From assembly GCA_019058445.1 (NCBI GenBank), contig JAHPZA010000010.1, forward strand, positions 128,001 through 192,000: a DNA stretch of 64,000 nt. The letters are read 5' to 3'. Shown in pieces: positions 31,654-42,109 of this stretch. Position 1 is the stretch's first letter. The number at the start of each line of letters is the position of its first letter. The DNA comes from Promethearchaeota archaeon (GTDB lineage Archaea > Asgardarchaeota > Lokiarchaeia > Sigyniarchaeales > SOKP01). The notes beneath the pieces were generated by a model that ran no database searches, was not told the origin of the DNA, and saw nothing but the letters and a program-made list of their open reading frames with translations. A program made the position numbers and the translations under genes.

Positions 31654-31983
31654 TATAAATCTTTCTTAATATTGCTTAAAACTCTTATCAAATTTATATT
31701 ATTGAAATTGTATAAATAATTAAAAGATTTAAATCCGAGTTTGTTTTGGTATTATATGTATAACGGTTTAAATATTTGTTCAATTATTGGTTTGACCTAA
31801 ATTGGACATATCTCCATAGATTCTTAAGATCTTTGTTCTTATGATGAAATAATTTTTGAAAAGTGCAATATTAATTAAAATTAATAGAATTATTTAAAGT
31901 AATTAATTCAATTTTAATTACACTAATGAGAAAAATATTTCTTAAAAGGAATAATTTATTATTTACAACTTTAAGCAAGATTA

Positions 31984-32940
31984 ATGACGAAAATGAACAC
32001 ATTAAACTCTATCTCATTTTCAATATTAATGACTAATTATAATAATGCCGAATATATTGAAGAAGCAATAGAAAGTGTAATTTCTCAAACTTATTCAAAC
32101 TGGGAATTAATTATTGTTGATGATTTTTCCTATGATAATTCAATCAAGAAGATTAAATCATATTTAAGTGATAGTAGAATTAAATTAATTATCCATAATG
32201 AAAATATGGGTTATGGAAAAGCACTAATAACTGCCATCGATAAAGCCTCTAACCTTATAATTGGAATTCTTGACTCGGATGATAAACTTGATAGAAACAC
32301 TTTAAAATTATTTGCTGAAGCATATCAAAAAAATCCTGAATTTGGTTTCATATATAGCAATTTATGGGTATGTGATTCAAAATTACAGAATCCTAAAATC
32401 AATATTCAATTTGGAGATATTGATCCTAAAAAAACTAACCTTTTAGAAAGAAGAACTTCACATTTTAAAACTTTCAGAAGAGAGCTTTATTACAAAACGA
32501 ATGGATTCGATCCAAATCAGTCTACCTGTGTGGATGCTGATATTATTTTTAAATTAGAAGAAATCACTAAATTAAAATATATTGATAAGCCCTTATACTA
32601 TTATAGGGTACACCAAAAAGGAGTATCAAGAAAATATTTTTTTAATAATCAACTTGAAGATTATATATCAAAACTAAATGCTTTTAATAGAAGATTAAAT
32701 ACAAATATACCAAATTTAAAAATTAGTGATCTTAAAAAATTATATTACAAGTTAACATTTTTTAAAATAATTAAATTTTGTAAAACAACGAAAAACTTCT
32801 TCAAATTATATAGAATTAAAGATTCAATTAAAAATATAAAGAAAAAAACTCCAGCTTTTTTAATATACCAAATCACTGAAAAATATAAATCCTTAAAAAA
32901 GAAATATTTATATTGGTTCGAATTTAAAAAAGTTCTTTAG
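31984..32940 (+). CDS. GT2 glycosyltransferase
   Basis: YNNAEYIEEAIESV..Q, IVDDFS, LDSDD, LYYYRVH. Confidence 0.9.
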   Translation: MTKMNTLNSISFSILMTNYNNAEYIEEAIESVISQTYSNWELIIVDDFSYDNSIKKIKSYLSDSRIKLIIHNENMGYGKALITAIDKASNLIIGILDSDDKLDRNTLKLFAEAYQKNPEFGFIYSNLWVCDSKLQNPKINIQFGDIDPKKTNLLERRTSHFKTFRRELYYKTNGFDPNQSTCVDADIIFKLEEITKLKYIDKPLYYYRVHQKGVSRKYFFNNQLEDYISKLNAFNRRLNTNIPNLKISDLKKLYYKLTFFKIIKFCKTTKNFFKLYRIKDSIKNIKKKTPAFLIYQITEKYKSLKKKYLYWFEFKKVL

Positions 32941-32964
32941 AATTTTAATTTTTAATTATAATAA

Positions 32965-33654
32965 TTAATTATACTGTTGTTTAATACTCCAATTTTCCCA
33001 TATAAATTTATATTGATAAGTCAAATAATGAGTCTTTCTTAACATTTTTTGTATTTTAATCATTCTGGTTTCTGCATTTGCTATAAAATCATGAAATTGG
33101 ATTTGAATATTGTTAATTTTTGTTATTTCCCCAGAATTAATCAAATCTTCTAGTAAATCATATTCCCCTCCCTCAATATTAATTTTCATCAAATCTATTT
33201 CATTTATATCGTGTTCTTTTATAAAATTTACTGCTCTTACTATTTGACTATTTCGATATTCTTTCCCACCTTTTAAAAAAGAAGATCTATCATTATTTAA
33301 AGATATTTTAGCATTTTTAGTACTATTTCCTAATCCAAATTTAAAAATACGAATTTTTTCATTTCTAGAAAATCTTTTTTCAATATTATTAGCATATTCT
33401 GGAATCGGCTCAAAAACATAAATTCTACAGGAATATTTAGAAAAAATATCACTAGCCCATTGCCCTTCATACCCACCTATGTCGAATACTAAGGAATCTT
33501 CATCTAAATCGTACTCCAATCGAAGAAATTTATCTCGGTTAGCATTTAACCATTGATGAAGGACAATTTGCTTTTCCGTTTGAAAATATTTAGAAATTAT
33601 GAAATTACATAAGAATATAATTTTCTTTAGTAATCTAAGAATTAGTTTGCGCAT
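32965..33654 (-). CDS. FkbM-family methyltransferase
   Basis: FDIGGYEGQW, FEP, MKINIEGGEY, IQFH. Confidence 0.88.
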   Translation of the reverse strand: MRKLILRLLKKIIFLCNFIISKYFQTEKQIVLHQWLNANRDKFLRLEYDLDEDSLVFDIGGYEGQWASDIFSKYSCRIYVFEPIPEYANNIEKRFSRNEKIRIFKFGLGNSTKNAKISLNNDRSSFLKGGKEYRNSQIVRAVNFIKEHDINEIDLMKINIEGGEYDLLEDLINSGEITKINNIQIQFHDFIANAETRMIKIQKMLRKTHYLTYQYKFIWENWSIKQQYN

Positions 33655-33869
33655 TATATAATTATGATAATCAAAAAATATTATATAATAATTTTATAGT
33701 TTATAATTTAAAATTCTTAAATAAGGTTTATCTAGTTTAATCACTAAATCATAGAGCAATAAACAAAAACGTAGTAAGAAGATATGTATAATATGGATAT
33801 TTTTTAGGGGATTTGAAAATCATAATTTAAAACAACAAAATTTATGAAATTAAAACATTTAATTATCTT

Positions 33870-34703
33870 ATGTTAAAAAGAAATGCGATAAAAAGATATA
33901 CCAGACAAATATTAGCAATGATAGAAAAAAATTTATATCTCGAATTACGGATTAAGACCGAATTCATTTATCGTTTTCTAATACCTATTATTGAGCTAAT
34001 TTTATATGTGTTCCTATTCGGGGCGATATTTAAAGCCAGAGAAGGTTATAGTTTAGGTTACTGGAATTCAAGTAATTTTATACTTTTTTTACTTATTGCC
34101 TTTTGTGTCCAATTCTCAAAACCTATTGTCGCCCGATACAGACAGTTATTTATAGGAGAAAAATACTGGAAAACATTAAGCGCTATTATGGTTGCTCCAG
34201 TTAATCGTTTTACTTTACTTTTAGGAGTATTAATTTCAGAATTAGTTTTAATTAGTGTACCTTTCTCCATCGTCTTAATAATTGCATTTATACTTTTTCC
34301 CATATCATTAATTAATTTTATTTTAATTTTATTAATCTTTTTTTCAATTTTTTTAATATTTGGATCTATTGGGTTAATTCAAGGTGCTTTTGCAATTTCT
34401 CACGAGGAGTATATTACATATTTCGGTTTATGTTTAAGATTTATTTTCTTGTTTAGCTGTACTAATTTTCCTAAAGAGATATTTCCTGAAATTTTTCAGT
34501 CTATTGCAGTTTTAAATCCCTTTTATTATGTTTTTGATTTATTAAGACTTACTTGGTATTTAGGAATTGATTATGATGTTGCAATTGCTCTTATCTCGCC
34601 AATTCATATCATTATACTCGTATTATTCACAATCTTATCACCAATTATTTCTGTTTATCTCTTTAATAGAGTGTACAATAAATATGGTATTACAGGATAT
34701 TAA
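33870..34703 (+). CDS. ABC-2 type permease
   Basis: Six TM segments, E..W.TL...MVAPV, FP...FP......LNP.YY..D..R. Confidence 0.85.
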   Translation: MLKRNAIKRYTRQILAMIEKNLYLELRIKTEFIYRFLIPIIELILYVFLFGAIFKAREGYSLGYWNSSNFILFLLIAFCVQFSKPIVARYRQLFIGEKYWKTLSAIMVAPVNRFTLLLGVLISELVLISVPFSIVLIIAFILFPISLINFILILLIFFSIFLIFGSIGLIQGAFAISHEEYITYFGLCLRFIFLFSCTNFPKEIFPEIFQSIAVLNPFYYVFDLLRLTWYLGIDYDVAIALISPIHIIILVLFTILSPIISVYLFNRVYNKYGITGY

Positions 34704-34726
34704 TGAAAAACTAAGGAGAAAAAATA

Positions 34727-35653
34727 TTGTCTGATAATGATGGATATAGTATTGAAACGTTTAACTTAAGTAAAATATATGACCTAAAAGGAAGAAAGAA
34801 AACTATCACTGCTTTAAATAATATTAGTCTGAAAATTAAAAGTGACGAAATTTTTGGATTACTTGGTCCTAATGGGGCTGGAAAAACAACGTTTGTGTCG
34901 ATTTTAACCACATTGATTCATCCTACAAGCGGTTATGCAACAATTTTGGGACATGATGTAGTAAAAGAATCTTGGTTTGTAAGAGAGAATGTAGGTTTAA
35001 TGTTAGGAGGAGAAATGATATATCATAGACTATCTGGTTATAGAAATTTAAAATTTTTTTGTAAACTTTATGGAATCAAGGATTATAAAACAAAAATAAA
35101 TTCAATAATGGAAAAATTGAATCTAACTAAATGGTTACATCAATATGTTTCAAGTTATTCTAAAGGAATGAAACTAAAGTTGGCATTAGCAAGAGTGTTA
35201 TTAACAGAGCCAAAAATTTTATTTTTAGATGAGCCGATGTTAGGATTAGATCCTAAAGCAGTACAAGAGGTTATGAATATTTTAAAAAGCTTAAAGATTA
35301 CAATTCTTCTAACTTCTCATCAAATGGATGTAGTCTCAAAATTATGTAATCGCGTCGCATTTCTTAAAGAGGGGAATATCTTGAAAATTGATACTCAAGA
35401 AAATTTCCAAAAGTTAATAACTGATAAAGTGAATATTAGTTTACGAATATCTAGGGATAAAAATAATTTTATTCGAGCACTATATTCCTTAGATTTTGTC
35501 GATCAAATCCAAGGGGATGAAAGTGACATTAGATTTACAATTAAAAATGAAAATTATTACCCCGAACTGTTTAATTTCCTAAAAGATTATCCTATAACAA
35601 ATATTATGGAAATTAAACCGTCTTTGGAAGATGTGTTTATAAAGTTAACTTAA
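34727..35653 (+). CDS. ABC transporter ATP-binding protein
   Basis: GPNGAGKTT, YSKGMK, LFLDEP, TSH. Confidence 0.93.
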   Translation: MSDNDGYSIETFNLSKIYDLKGRKKTITALNNISLKIKSDEIFGLLGPNGAGKTTFVSILTTLIHPTSGYATILGHDVVKESWFVRENVGLMLGGEMIYHRLSGYRNLKFFCKLYGIKDYKTKINSIMEKLNLTKWLHQYVSSYSKGMKLKLALARVLLTEPKILFLDEPMLGLDPKAVQEVMNILKSLKITILLTSHQMDVVSKLCNRVAFLKEGNILKIDTQENFQKLITDKVNISLRISRDKNNFIRALYSLDFVDQIQGDESDIRFTIKNENYYPELFNFLKDYPITNIMEIKPSLEDVFIKLT

Positions 35654-36583
35654 TAAATTTTTAGCTTTTTCTATGATATTTTCAATATTTAGACCATATT
35701 CTTTTAATACCTCATTTCTTGTTCCAGATTGACAATAAGAGTTATCAACCCCAATAATTTTCATTTTAATTGGATATCTCTCAGAAAAAATTCTTGCCAC
35801 TATACTACCCACTCCACAATAAATATTGTGTTCTTCAATTATTATTACTCCTTTAACATTTTTAACTTCATTAATAAGTTTTTCTTCATCTATGGGTTTA
35901 ATAGTAGATAGATTAATGACTTTTACAGTACAATTTAACTCGTTTTCAATTTCTAAAGCAGATTTCAGGCTCAATATTGTGCCATATCCTGTTCCTATAA
36001 AGCAGATGTCCTTTCCTTTTTTGACGACATCTGGTTTTCTCATTGTGAAGTGATAGTTCTTATTATGCACATTAGTAGATGATTCTCGTGGTATTCTAAT
36101 ATAAAATGGACCTTCATTCTTTAGAGCAAAATCTAACATTTGAACTAGTTCTAAATTATCGACAGGTATTAAAACATTTAAATTTGGGAGTGTGGCCATT
36201 ATACTTAAATCTTCTAATGCATTATGAGTGCTTCCATCTTCTCCTACTATCCCTCCATGTGTGGTAATTATTTTAACATTTAAATTATCATGGCACGCCA
36301 TTCTTATAAACTCCCACGCTCGTCCGGAAGTAAATATAGAAAAACCGCTTACAATAGGAATTTTTCCTGAAATTGCGAATCCCATTGCAGTTCCCAGCAT
36401 ATTTTGCTCGGCAATACCCATATTAAAAAATCTTTTAGGATATTTTTTAGCAAATAAATTCGTTCTTGTTGATGTTGATAAATCACAATCCAAAACTACC
36501 ATATCTTTGTATTTATCTCCTATATTATGTAAATATTTTCCAAAAGCGTCGCGCATATTAATTTCTTCCAGTTTAAGAAACAC
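35645..36583 (-). CDS. Transketolase, C-terminal subunit
   Basis: MRDAFG, GIAEQNM, GEDGSTH, IKPID, EEH...G.GS. Confidence 0.92.
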   Translation of the reverse strand: MFLKLEEINMRDAFGKYLHNIGDKYKDMVVLDCDLSTSTRTNLFAKKYPKRFFNMGIAEQNMLGTAMGFAISGKIPIVSGFSIFTSGRAWEFIRMACHDNLNVKIITTHGGIVGEDGSTHNALEDLSIMATLPNLNVLIPVDNLELVQMLDFALKNEGPFYIRIPRESSTNVHNKNYHFTMRKPDVVKKGKDICFIGTGYGTILSLKSALEIENELNCTVKVINLSTIKPIDEEKLINEVKNVKGVIIIEEHNIYCGVGSIVARIFSERYPIKMKIIGVDNSYCQSGTRNEVLKEYGLNIENIIEKAKNLLS

Positions 36584-37427
36584 CTATTTTTTTCTCAATT
36601 TCTTCAATTTCTTTTATTGCATTTTCATATTCTTCCTTATTTGGGGCACGGCCATGATATTTACTACTATGTTCCATAAATGAAATGTCAGAACCTTTCA
36701 CAAGATATGAAATAATAACAGTTGGTTTCCTTATAGTTTTTTTAGATTTTTGAAATCCACCAATTATTTCTCTAATATTTGAACCATCCACCTCAATAAC
36801 ATCCCATCCAAATGCATCCCATTTATTTGCTAATGGCTCTAAACCCATAATTTCTTCAGTAAAACCATCTGATTGAATTCCATTTCTATCGACAATAGCA
36901 ATTAAATTATCGAGATTGTAGTGAGATGCGGCCATTGCAGCTTCCCATATTGATCCTTCATTCAATTCGCCATCTCCAAGTAGAACATAGATTAATTTAT
37001 CCTTTTTTTTATCTAATTTGGCTGAAAGCGCACATCCAACGCCAATTGATAAACCCATTCCTAAAGAACCCGTAGTAATTTCAATTCCTAATTGATCATT
37101 TTTTACGGGATGTCCCTGCAATTTCGAGTTAACTTTTCTTAATGTAGTTAATTCTTCCTTAGTGATAAGACCAATTTTTGATAAGACAGAATATAAAGCA
37201 GGAGCGGCATGCCCTTTACTTAAAATAAAAATGTCCCTTTCATCCCATTTAGGATTTTTAGGATTAAATTTCATAATTTTCTTATAAAGAAGATAAATTA
37301 AAGTAGCACAGGATAAAGAACCCCCAGGATGCCCTGACTGTGCTAGATAAATCATTTTTAAGATATTTTTTTTAATATCTAAAATATCTAATAATAAATC
37401 GCTTTCTTCAGCTTCATTAATTACCAT
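36573..37427 (-). CDS. Transketolase, N-terminal subunit
   Basis: SGHPGGSLS, LSKGHAAP, LQGHP, GDGELNEG..WEA TPP motif. Confidence 0.93.
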   Translation of the reverse strand: MVINEAEESDLLLDILDIKKNILKMIYLAQSGHPGGSLSCATLIYLLYKKIMKFNPKNPKWDERDIFILSKGHAAPALYSVLSKIGLITKEELTTLRKVNSKLQGHPVKNDQLGIEITTGSLGMGLSIGVGCALSAKLDKKKDKLIYVLLGDGELNEGSIWEAAMAASHYNLDNLIAIVDRNGIQSDGFTEEIMGLEPLANKWDAFGWDVIEVDGSNIREIIGGFQKSKKTIRKPTVIISYLVKGSDISFMEHSSKYHGRAPNKEEYENAIKEIEEIEKKIGVS

Positions 37428-37450
37428 TTTCTAGTATAAAAATTATTTAT

Positions 37451-38446
37451 TTATTCATTAAACTGAGATGTAACATATTTGATTAGTTTTTCTGAATTAT
37501 AGAATTCTACTGGAGGCAAAACAGCAGAAAAAGTTGCACCATAAAGTGCTAATCTAGCGGCTTCTAAATAAGGGATTTTGGATGCAAATGCCAAGCCTAA
37601 TATGGCCATTAGGCAACTTCCTACAGCAACATAACTCCTAACGGGTTGATTTAAAATGGAATCAAATTTTTCTAATCTTTCAGAATCTTTATTATATAAA
37701 TAGGAAATTGATTCAATGTCGTTTAATAGGACATTTTTACATTTTGTTGTGCTTAATATTTTTTTGGCAACTATGGAAATGCTAGTTTCATTACAACAAT
37801 CAATTGATAATGTACCCAGAGCTTTCTGAAGTGTCATTTTAATTAAATCAACATCCTCGTATATATAATAATTAGATAAATTAGGTCGAGCTAATATTGG
37901 GATATTCACATAAGTTTCTTTTAAAACATTAATTAAATTTTGAATAAGAGAATCTTCGAATAGACCCCCTATTCCATAATCTAAAATAAGGATGGCTCCT
38001 AATTCTTTAGGTCTCGATTTTATTACATTTAAAAACTTCTTAATTAAAGATTCGGAAAAATCACTTGAATAATCAGTTTCTAATCTAAGAACATGCTGAT
38101 TCATTGCTTTTATTCTGGTAATTTGAGGTGTAGCTATCTTATCATCTATGATTATTCCCGAAGAATCAATATTTAATTCTTTTATTTTTTTAAAGAAAAA
38201 ATCTCCTTCATAATCATTACCAATTATGGTACAAACTTCTGGAATTCCTCCTAATGACTTTATATATTTTATTACTAATCCAATGCCACCTAAGTAGGAA
38301 AAATTTTCTTCTATTTTTATGTTTGGGACCGGAGCGTCAGGAGAAATTTTATCTGCAAGACCTTTTATGTAATTATCTATTAATGCTTCACCAATAATTA
38401 GGATTCTTTTTCCATTCCAGGTTTTTACTATATCAGCGATTTCCAT
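37451..38446 (-). CDS. HldE/RfaE heptose-kinase-domain homolog (PfkB fold), catalytic motif degenerate
   Basis: ISPDAPVP, LGG, TRIKAMNQHVLRLE, DYG.G; the DVTGAGD motif is replaced by SYVAVGS. Confidence 0.75.
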   Translation of the reverse strand: MEIADIVKTWNGKRILIIGEALIDNYIKGLADKISPDAPVPNIKIEENFSYLGGIGLVIKYIKSLGGIPEVCTIIGNDYEGDFFFKKIKELNIDSSGIIIDDKIATPQITRIKAMNQHVLRLETDYSSDFSESLIKKFLNVIKSRPKELGAILILDYGIGGLFEDSLIQNLINVLKETYVNIPILARPNLSNYYIYEDVDLIKMTLQKALGTLSIDCCNETSISIVAKKILSTTKCKNVLLNDIESISYLYNKDSERLEKFDSILNQPVRSYVAVGSCLMAILGLAFASKIPYLEAARLALYGATFSAVLPPVEFYNSEKLIKYVTSQFNE

Positions 38447-38617
38447 TTTTATATTGTATGAATGAAAAATATCGTTTTTACTTTGTAATATTTATTTTAT
38501 TATTTTATCTTAAAAGATGATTATAATTATATGTCGTATCATAATAATCTTTTTTGGATTTACTGGTTTATTTAAAATGTAATCTCTATCTTAATCATAG
38601 TTTCCCTATTAACTTTT

Positions 38618-39244
38618 TTAATCTATATTTTTTAATTTTTTAATAATAAGATTAGGATCTTTAGCCTTCAGAATTGTACTCGAACTACATAATATATCTA
38701 CATTTTTTAATGTTTTCGCATTATTAAGATTAATTCCACCATCAACACTTATTTCAAATTGATATTCTTTTTTATAACGAGCTAATAAATTAATTTTTTT
38801 TATTACATCTGGAATGAATTTTTGTCCAGACCAACCAGGATGGACAGACATTACTAAAATTTGGTCTATATCTTTTAAAAATGGCGTAATTTCAGAGATT
38901 TCAGTCTCTGGATTAATTACTAATCCCACTTTTTTATTAAAAATTTTAACCTTATCAATTGTATTCTTTATATCATTCTCTGCCTCAAAATGAAAGAGTA
39001 TAATATCAGCGAAATTAATGATTTTATCAATATAATCATGTGGATTATTAACCATCAGATGTGCAACAAGTGGTACACTTGTATTCTCCTTTAATATACG
39101 AAAAGTCTCGAGATTTAGATTCGTATTATTTACAAACTTACCATCCATAACATCCACATGGATAAAATCAATATAATTCAATCCCTTAATTATAGCAACG
39201 TCAAAATTCTCAACAGCGTGGAGTGCAACAGCAACTTTCTTCAT
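38618..39244 (-). CDS. rpe: Ribulose-phosphate 3-epimerase
   Basis: HVDVMDGKFV, HLMV, MSVHPGWSGQKF, VDGGI. Confidence 0.92.
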   Translation of the reverse strand: MKKVAVALHAVENFDVAIIKGLNYIDFIHVDVMDGKFVNNTNLNLETFRILKENTSVPLVAHLMVNNPHDYIDKIINFADIILFHFEAENDIKNTIDKVKIFNKKVGLVINPETEISEITPFLKDIDQILVMSVHPGWSGQKFIPDVIKKINLLARYKKEYQFEISVDGGINLNNAKTLKNVDILCSSSTILKAKDPNLIIKKLKNID

Positions 39245-39251
39245 CTTATTC

Positions 39252-39824
39252 TTATCCGTATAGTTCTTTTTCGACTAAATAACAAATTATATGTCCAACA
39301 GTTATATGGCCCTCCTGAATTCTTGGAGTGTCTGTTGATGGTATCTTTAAACAATAATCAGCAATTTTTTCAATTTCATTTTCTCTTTCACCTGTAAAAC
39401 CTATAGTAATAGCTTCCTTTTCCCTTGCTTTTTGTAATCCTTTAATAACATTGGGCGAGTTTCCTGAAGTACTTATTCCAATAACAACATCGCCTTTGTT
39501 AACGAATGCAGCAACCTGCCTTTCAAAAATTTTATCATAACCAAAATCATTGGCAGTAGCAGTAATTACAGAAGTATTAGTATGAAATGCTAAAGCTGGA
39601 AGTGATTCACGGTTTTTATAAAATTTGCCAACAAATTCCGCTGCTATATGCTGAGCATCAGCCGCACTGCCACCATTACCAAATAGAATCATTTTATTAT
39701 GATTTTTATATGCGCTAATAATAATATTTGAAATTTTTAATATGAGGGATGACAAGTCTTTAATCCTTGTAATAACTTTTATAGTATTTTCTAAACTCGT
39801 AATAATCTCGTTTTCCATTATCAT
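39252..39824 (-). CDS. gmhA: Sedoheptulose-7-phosphate isomerase
   Basis: GNGGSAADAQHIAAE, AND, STSGNSPNV, TPRIQEGH. Confidence 0.93.
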   Translation of the reverse strand: MIMENEIITSLENTIKVITRIKDLSSLILKISNIIISAYKNHNKMILFGNGGSAADAQHIAAEFVGKFYKNRESLPALAFHTNTSVITATANDFGYDKIFERQVAAFVNKGDVVIGISTSGNSPNVIKGLQKAREKEAITIGFTGERENEIEKIADYCLKIPSTDTPRIQEGHITVGHIICYLVEKELYG

Positions 39825-39863
39825 TATTTACTCAATATTTTGTATATTTTAAATTTCATTAAT

Positions 39864-40877
39864 TTAATCATTAACTTTCCAAACTTCGAGACCATTTGGG
39901 TAAAAGTGAAAATTAACGATAATACCCCCAATTTTTTCTAATTCTTGAATTACTAGATATTTTTTACTTGGTTGAGAAAACAATAATAAATGTCCACCAC
40001 CTCCAGCACCTAATAATTTCCCTCCAATAACCCCAAATCTTCTTGAAAGTAGATAAAAATTCTCAACATTTTTATTAGATATTTTCGAGCTTAGACTTTT
40101 TTTAGCCATCCATCCTGTATGTAAAAGCTCTCCAAATTCATTTAATTTCATTACACTATGAGATTCAATAATAGCTTTCATTGAAGTGGCAACGTCTTTT
40201 AAATCTTGCATAGCTTCCATATAAGATTTTTTTTCAATTTCATACCCTTTTAATACTTCATGCTGTATTTCTGAAGAAAAATGTGAGCCACCTACATAAC
40301 ACAAAATTAACCTATATTGTAATTCATTGTTAATTTCTTGGGTAGTATCGATGGGTGTAACTTTCACATTATCTCTAAATTCTATAAAATTAAACCCTCC
40401 GTATGCTGCTGCGAACTGGTCTTGATACCCTCCTTTTTGCTTTAATTCGATCCTTTCTATTTCATAGGCTTTTAAGGCAATTTCATGCCTATTAAGACCA
40501 AAATTATAATATTCATTAAATGCGCCTATAAGTGCTACTGATAATGAAGAGGATCCCCCCATACCAGACCCCGGTGGCAACTCAGAATAAGTTGTGATAT
40601 TAAATCCTTCCTTAATATTTAAAACATTAACTATTGCCTTAAATATTTCAAAATTTTCTTTGTAATTCCTATCACCAATTTCAAAAACTTCTGTGTTATT
40701 ATAATTAACAGAATAGACTTGTATTTTTTTATCTTTTCTTGGTTTAATTGTTACGTGTACATGTCGATCTATCGTGGTATTAATTACACAACCTCCATGT
40801 TCAATACAATATGGAGCCATATCAGTTCCCCCACCTCCAAAACTAACACGAAATGGTGCTTTTGAGCGGACTATCAT
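39864..40877 (-). CDS. hddA: D-glycero-alpha-D-manno-heptose-7-phosphate kinase (GHMP)
   Basis: APFRVSFGGGGTD, PPGSGMGGSS, GGYQDQFAAAYGGFN, GKLLGAGGGG. Confidence 0.88.
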   Translation of the reverse strand: MIVRSKAPFRVSFGGGGTDMAPYCIEHGGCVINTTIDRHVHVTIKPRKDKKIQVYSVNYNNTEVFEIGDRNYKENFEIFKAIVNVLNIKEGFNITTYSELPPGSGMGGSSSLSVALIGAFNEYYNFGLNRHEIALKAYEIERIELKQKGGYQDQFAAAYGGFNFIEFRDNVKVTPIDTTQEINNELQYRLILCYVGGSHFSSEIQHEVLKGYEIEKKSYMEAMQDLKDVATSMKAIIESHSVMKLNEFGELLHTGWMAKKSLSSKISNKNVENFYLLSRRFGVIGGKLLGAGGGGHLLLFSQPSKKYLVIQELEKIGGIIVNFHFYPNGLEVWKVND

Positions 40878-41024
40878 TTTATTTATTCATACCAAATGAT
40901 AATATTTTTTGATTAAATATTTTTAATTAGTTATATATTTTAATCAAATATTGTATGATTTACTAATTCTTTAATTTTTATTAACCATTTAGATAACTAC
41001 TAGAATTAAAATAATATTTTTAAA

Positions 41025-42080
41025 ATGGCTTCAAACGTACTAATTACTGGAGCAGCAGGCTTTATAGGATCACATTTGATTGATTTTTTAATTTCCAAAG
41101 ATTTTACTATCTACGGATTAGATCTACCAGGGAGTCATTTTAAAAATTTAGAGCATTACATTGTAGAAGATTATAATATCTCCCATGATAAAAGACTAAA
41201 AATTATGGGAAACAATATTCAAGTCCCTACTTATCATGATAATTTTAAAATTATTCAATGTAACTTAAATAATAAGAAATTATTAGAGGAACTAATCCAA
41301 AAAATTAACCCAAAATATATATTTCATCTTGGAGCTCAATCATTGATATTACCTTCATGGAAGGACCCAATTAATACAATTGAAGCGAATGTGATTGGTA
41401 CAATAAACATCTTTGAGCCTATAAAAAAATTCAATATTAAAACTAGAGTAATCCTACCAGGAACTGCGGCTGAATTTGGAACTTCTGCTAGTATAGGGCG
41501 TCCATTAAAGGAAACAGATCCATTATTAGCTGTGCATCCGTACGGAATAAGTAAAATTGCAGTAGAGCTTCTTGGCAGACAATATTTTCTTAATTTTGGA
41601 ATTGAATGCGTAATTGTGAGATTTTTTAATCAGACAGGTCCTCGAAAATCATCAGGGGCAGCTGCAGAATTTACAAAAAGAGTTGCTCAAATTGATTTAG
41701 GAATCGCAGAACCCATAATTAAAGTAGGTAATTTAGACTCATATCGTGATTTTACAGGGATAAAAGATACAATACAAGCCCTATGGTTGGCTGCAACTAA
41801 AGGAAAGCCAGGTGAAATATATCATGTATGCTCTGGAAAAAAGATTCATATTCGAACTTTACTGGAAATCGCATTAAGCTTTTCAAATAAGGAAATTGAT
41901 GTAGTGGAAATCACTTCAGATAAATTAAGAAAATCTGATGAAGATATTATAATTGGAGATAATTCAAAAATAAAAAATGAACTAGGATACAAAATTTCTC
42001 AAACAATTGAGGACGTACTTAAAGATATGTATGAATATTGGAAGCTTTACTATAAAAAAAATGGACTTTTAAATTCTTAA
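41025..42080 (+). CDS. GDP-sugar 4,6-dehydratase/reductase-like SDR (paralog 1)
   Basis: TGAAGFIGS, HLGAQS..LPSW, GTAAEFG, PYGISK, FNQTGPRK, GNLDSYRDF. Confidence 0.8.
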   Translation: MASNVLITGAAGFIGSHLIDFLISKDFTIYGLDLPGSHFKNLEHYIVEDYNISHDKRLKIMGNNIQVPTYHDNFKIIQCNLNNKKLLEELIQKINPKYIFHLGAQSLILPSWKDPINTIEANVIGTINIFEPIKKFNIKTRVILPGTAAEFGTSASIGRPLKETDPLLAVHPYGISKIAVELLGRQYFLNFGIECVIVRFFNQTGPRKSSGAAAEFTKRVAQIDLGIAEPIIKVGNLDSYRDFTGIKDTIQALWLAATKGKPGEIYHVCSGKKIHIRTLLEIALSFSNKEIDVVEITSDKLRKSDEDIIIGDNSKIKNELGYKISQTIEDVLKDMYEYWKLYYKKNGLLNS

Positions 42081-42109
42081 GAATTAACAAGATGAATTAA
42101 TTACAAAAA

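Noticed and set aside
31654-31983. Coding-like fragments between GT11 and GT2
   Set aside because: No motif and broken frames; cannot be distinguished from AT-rich intergenic DNA.
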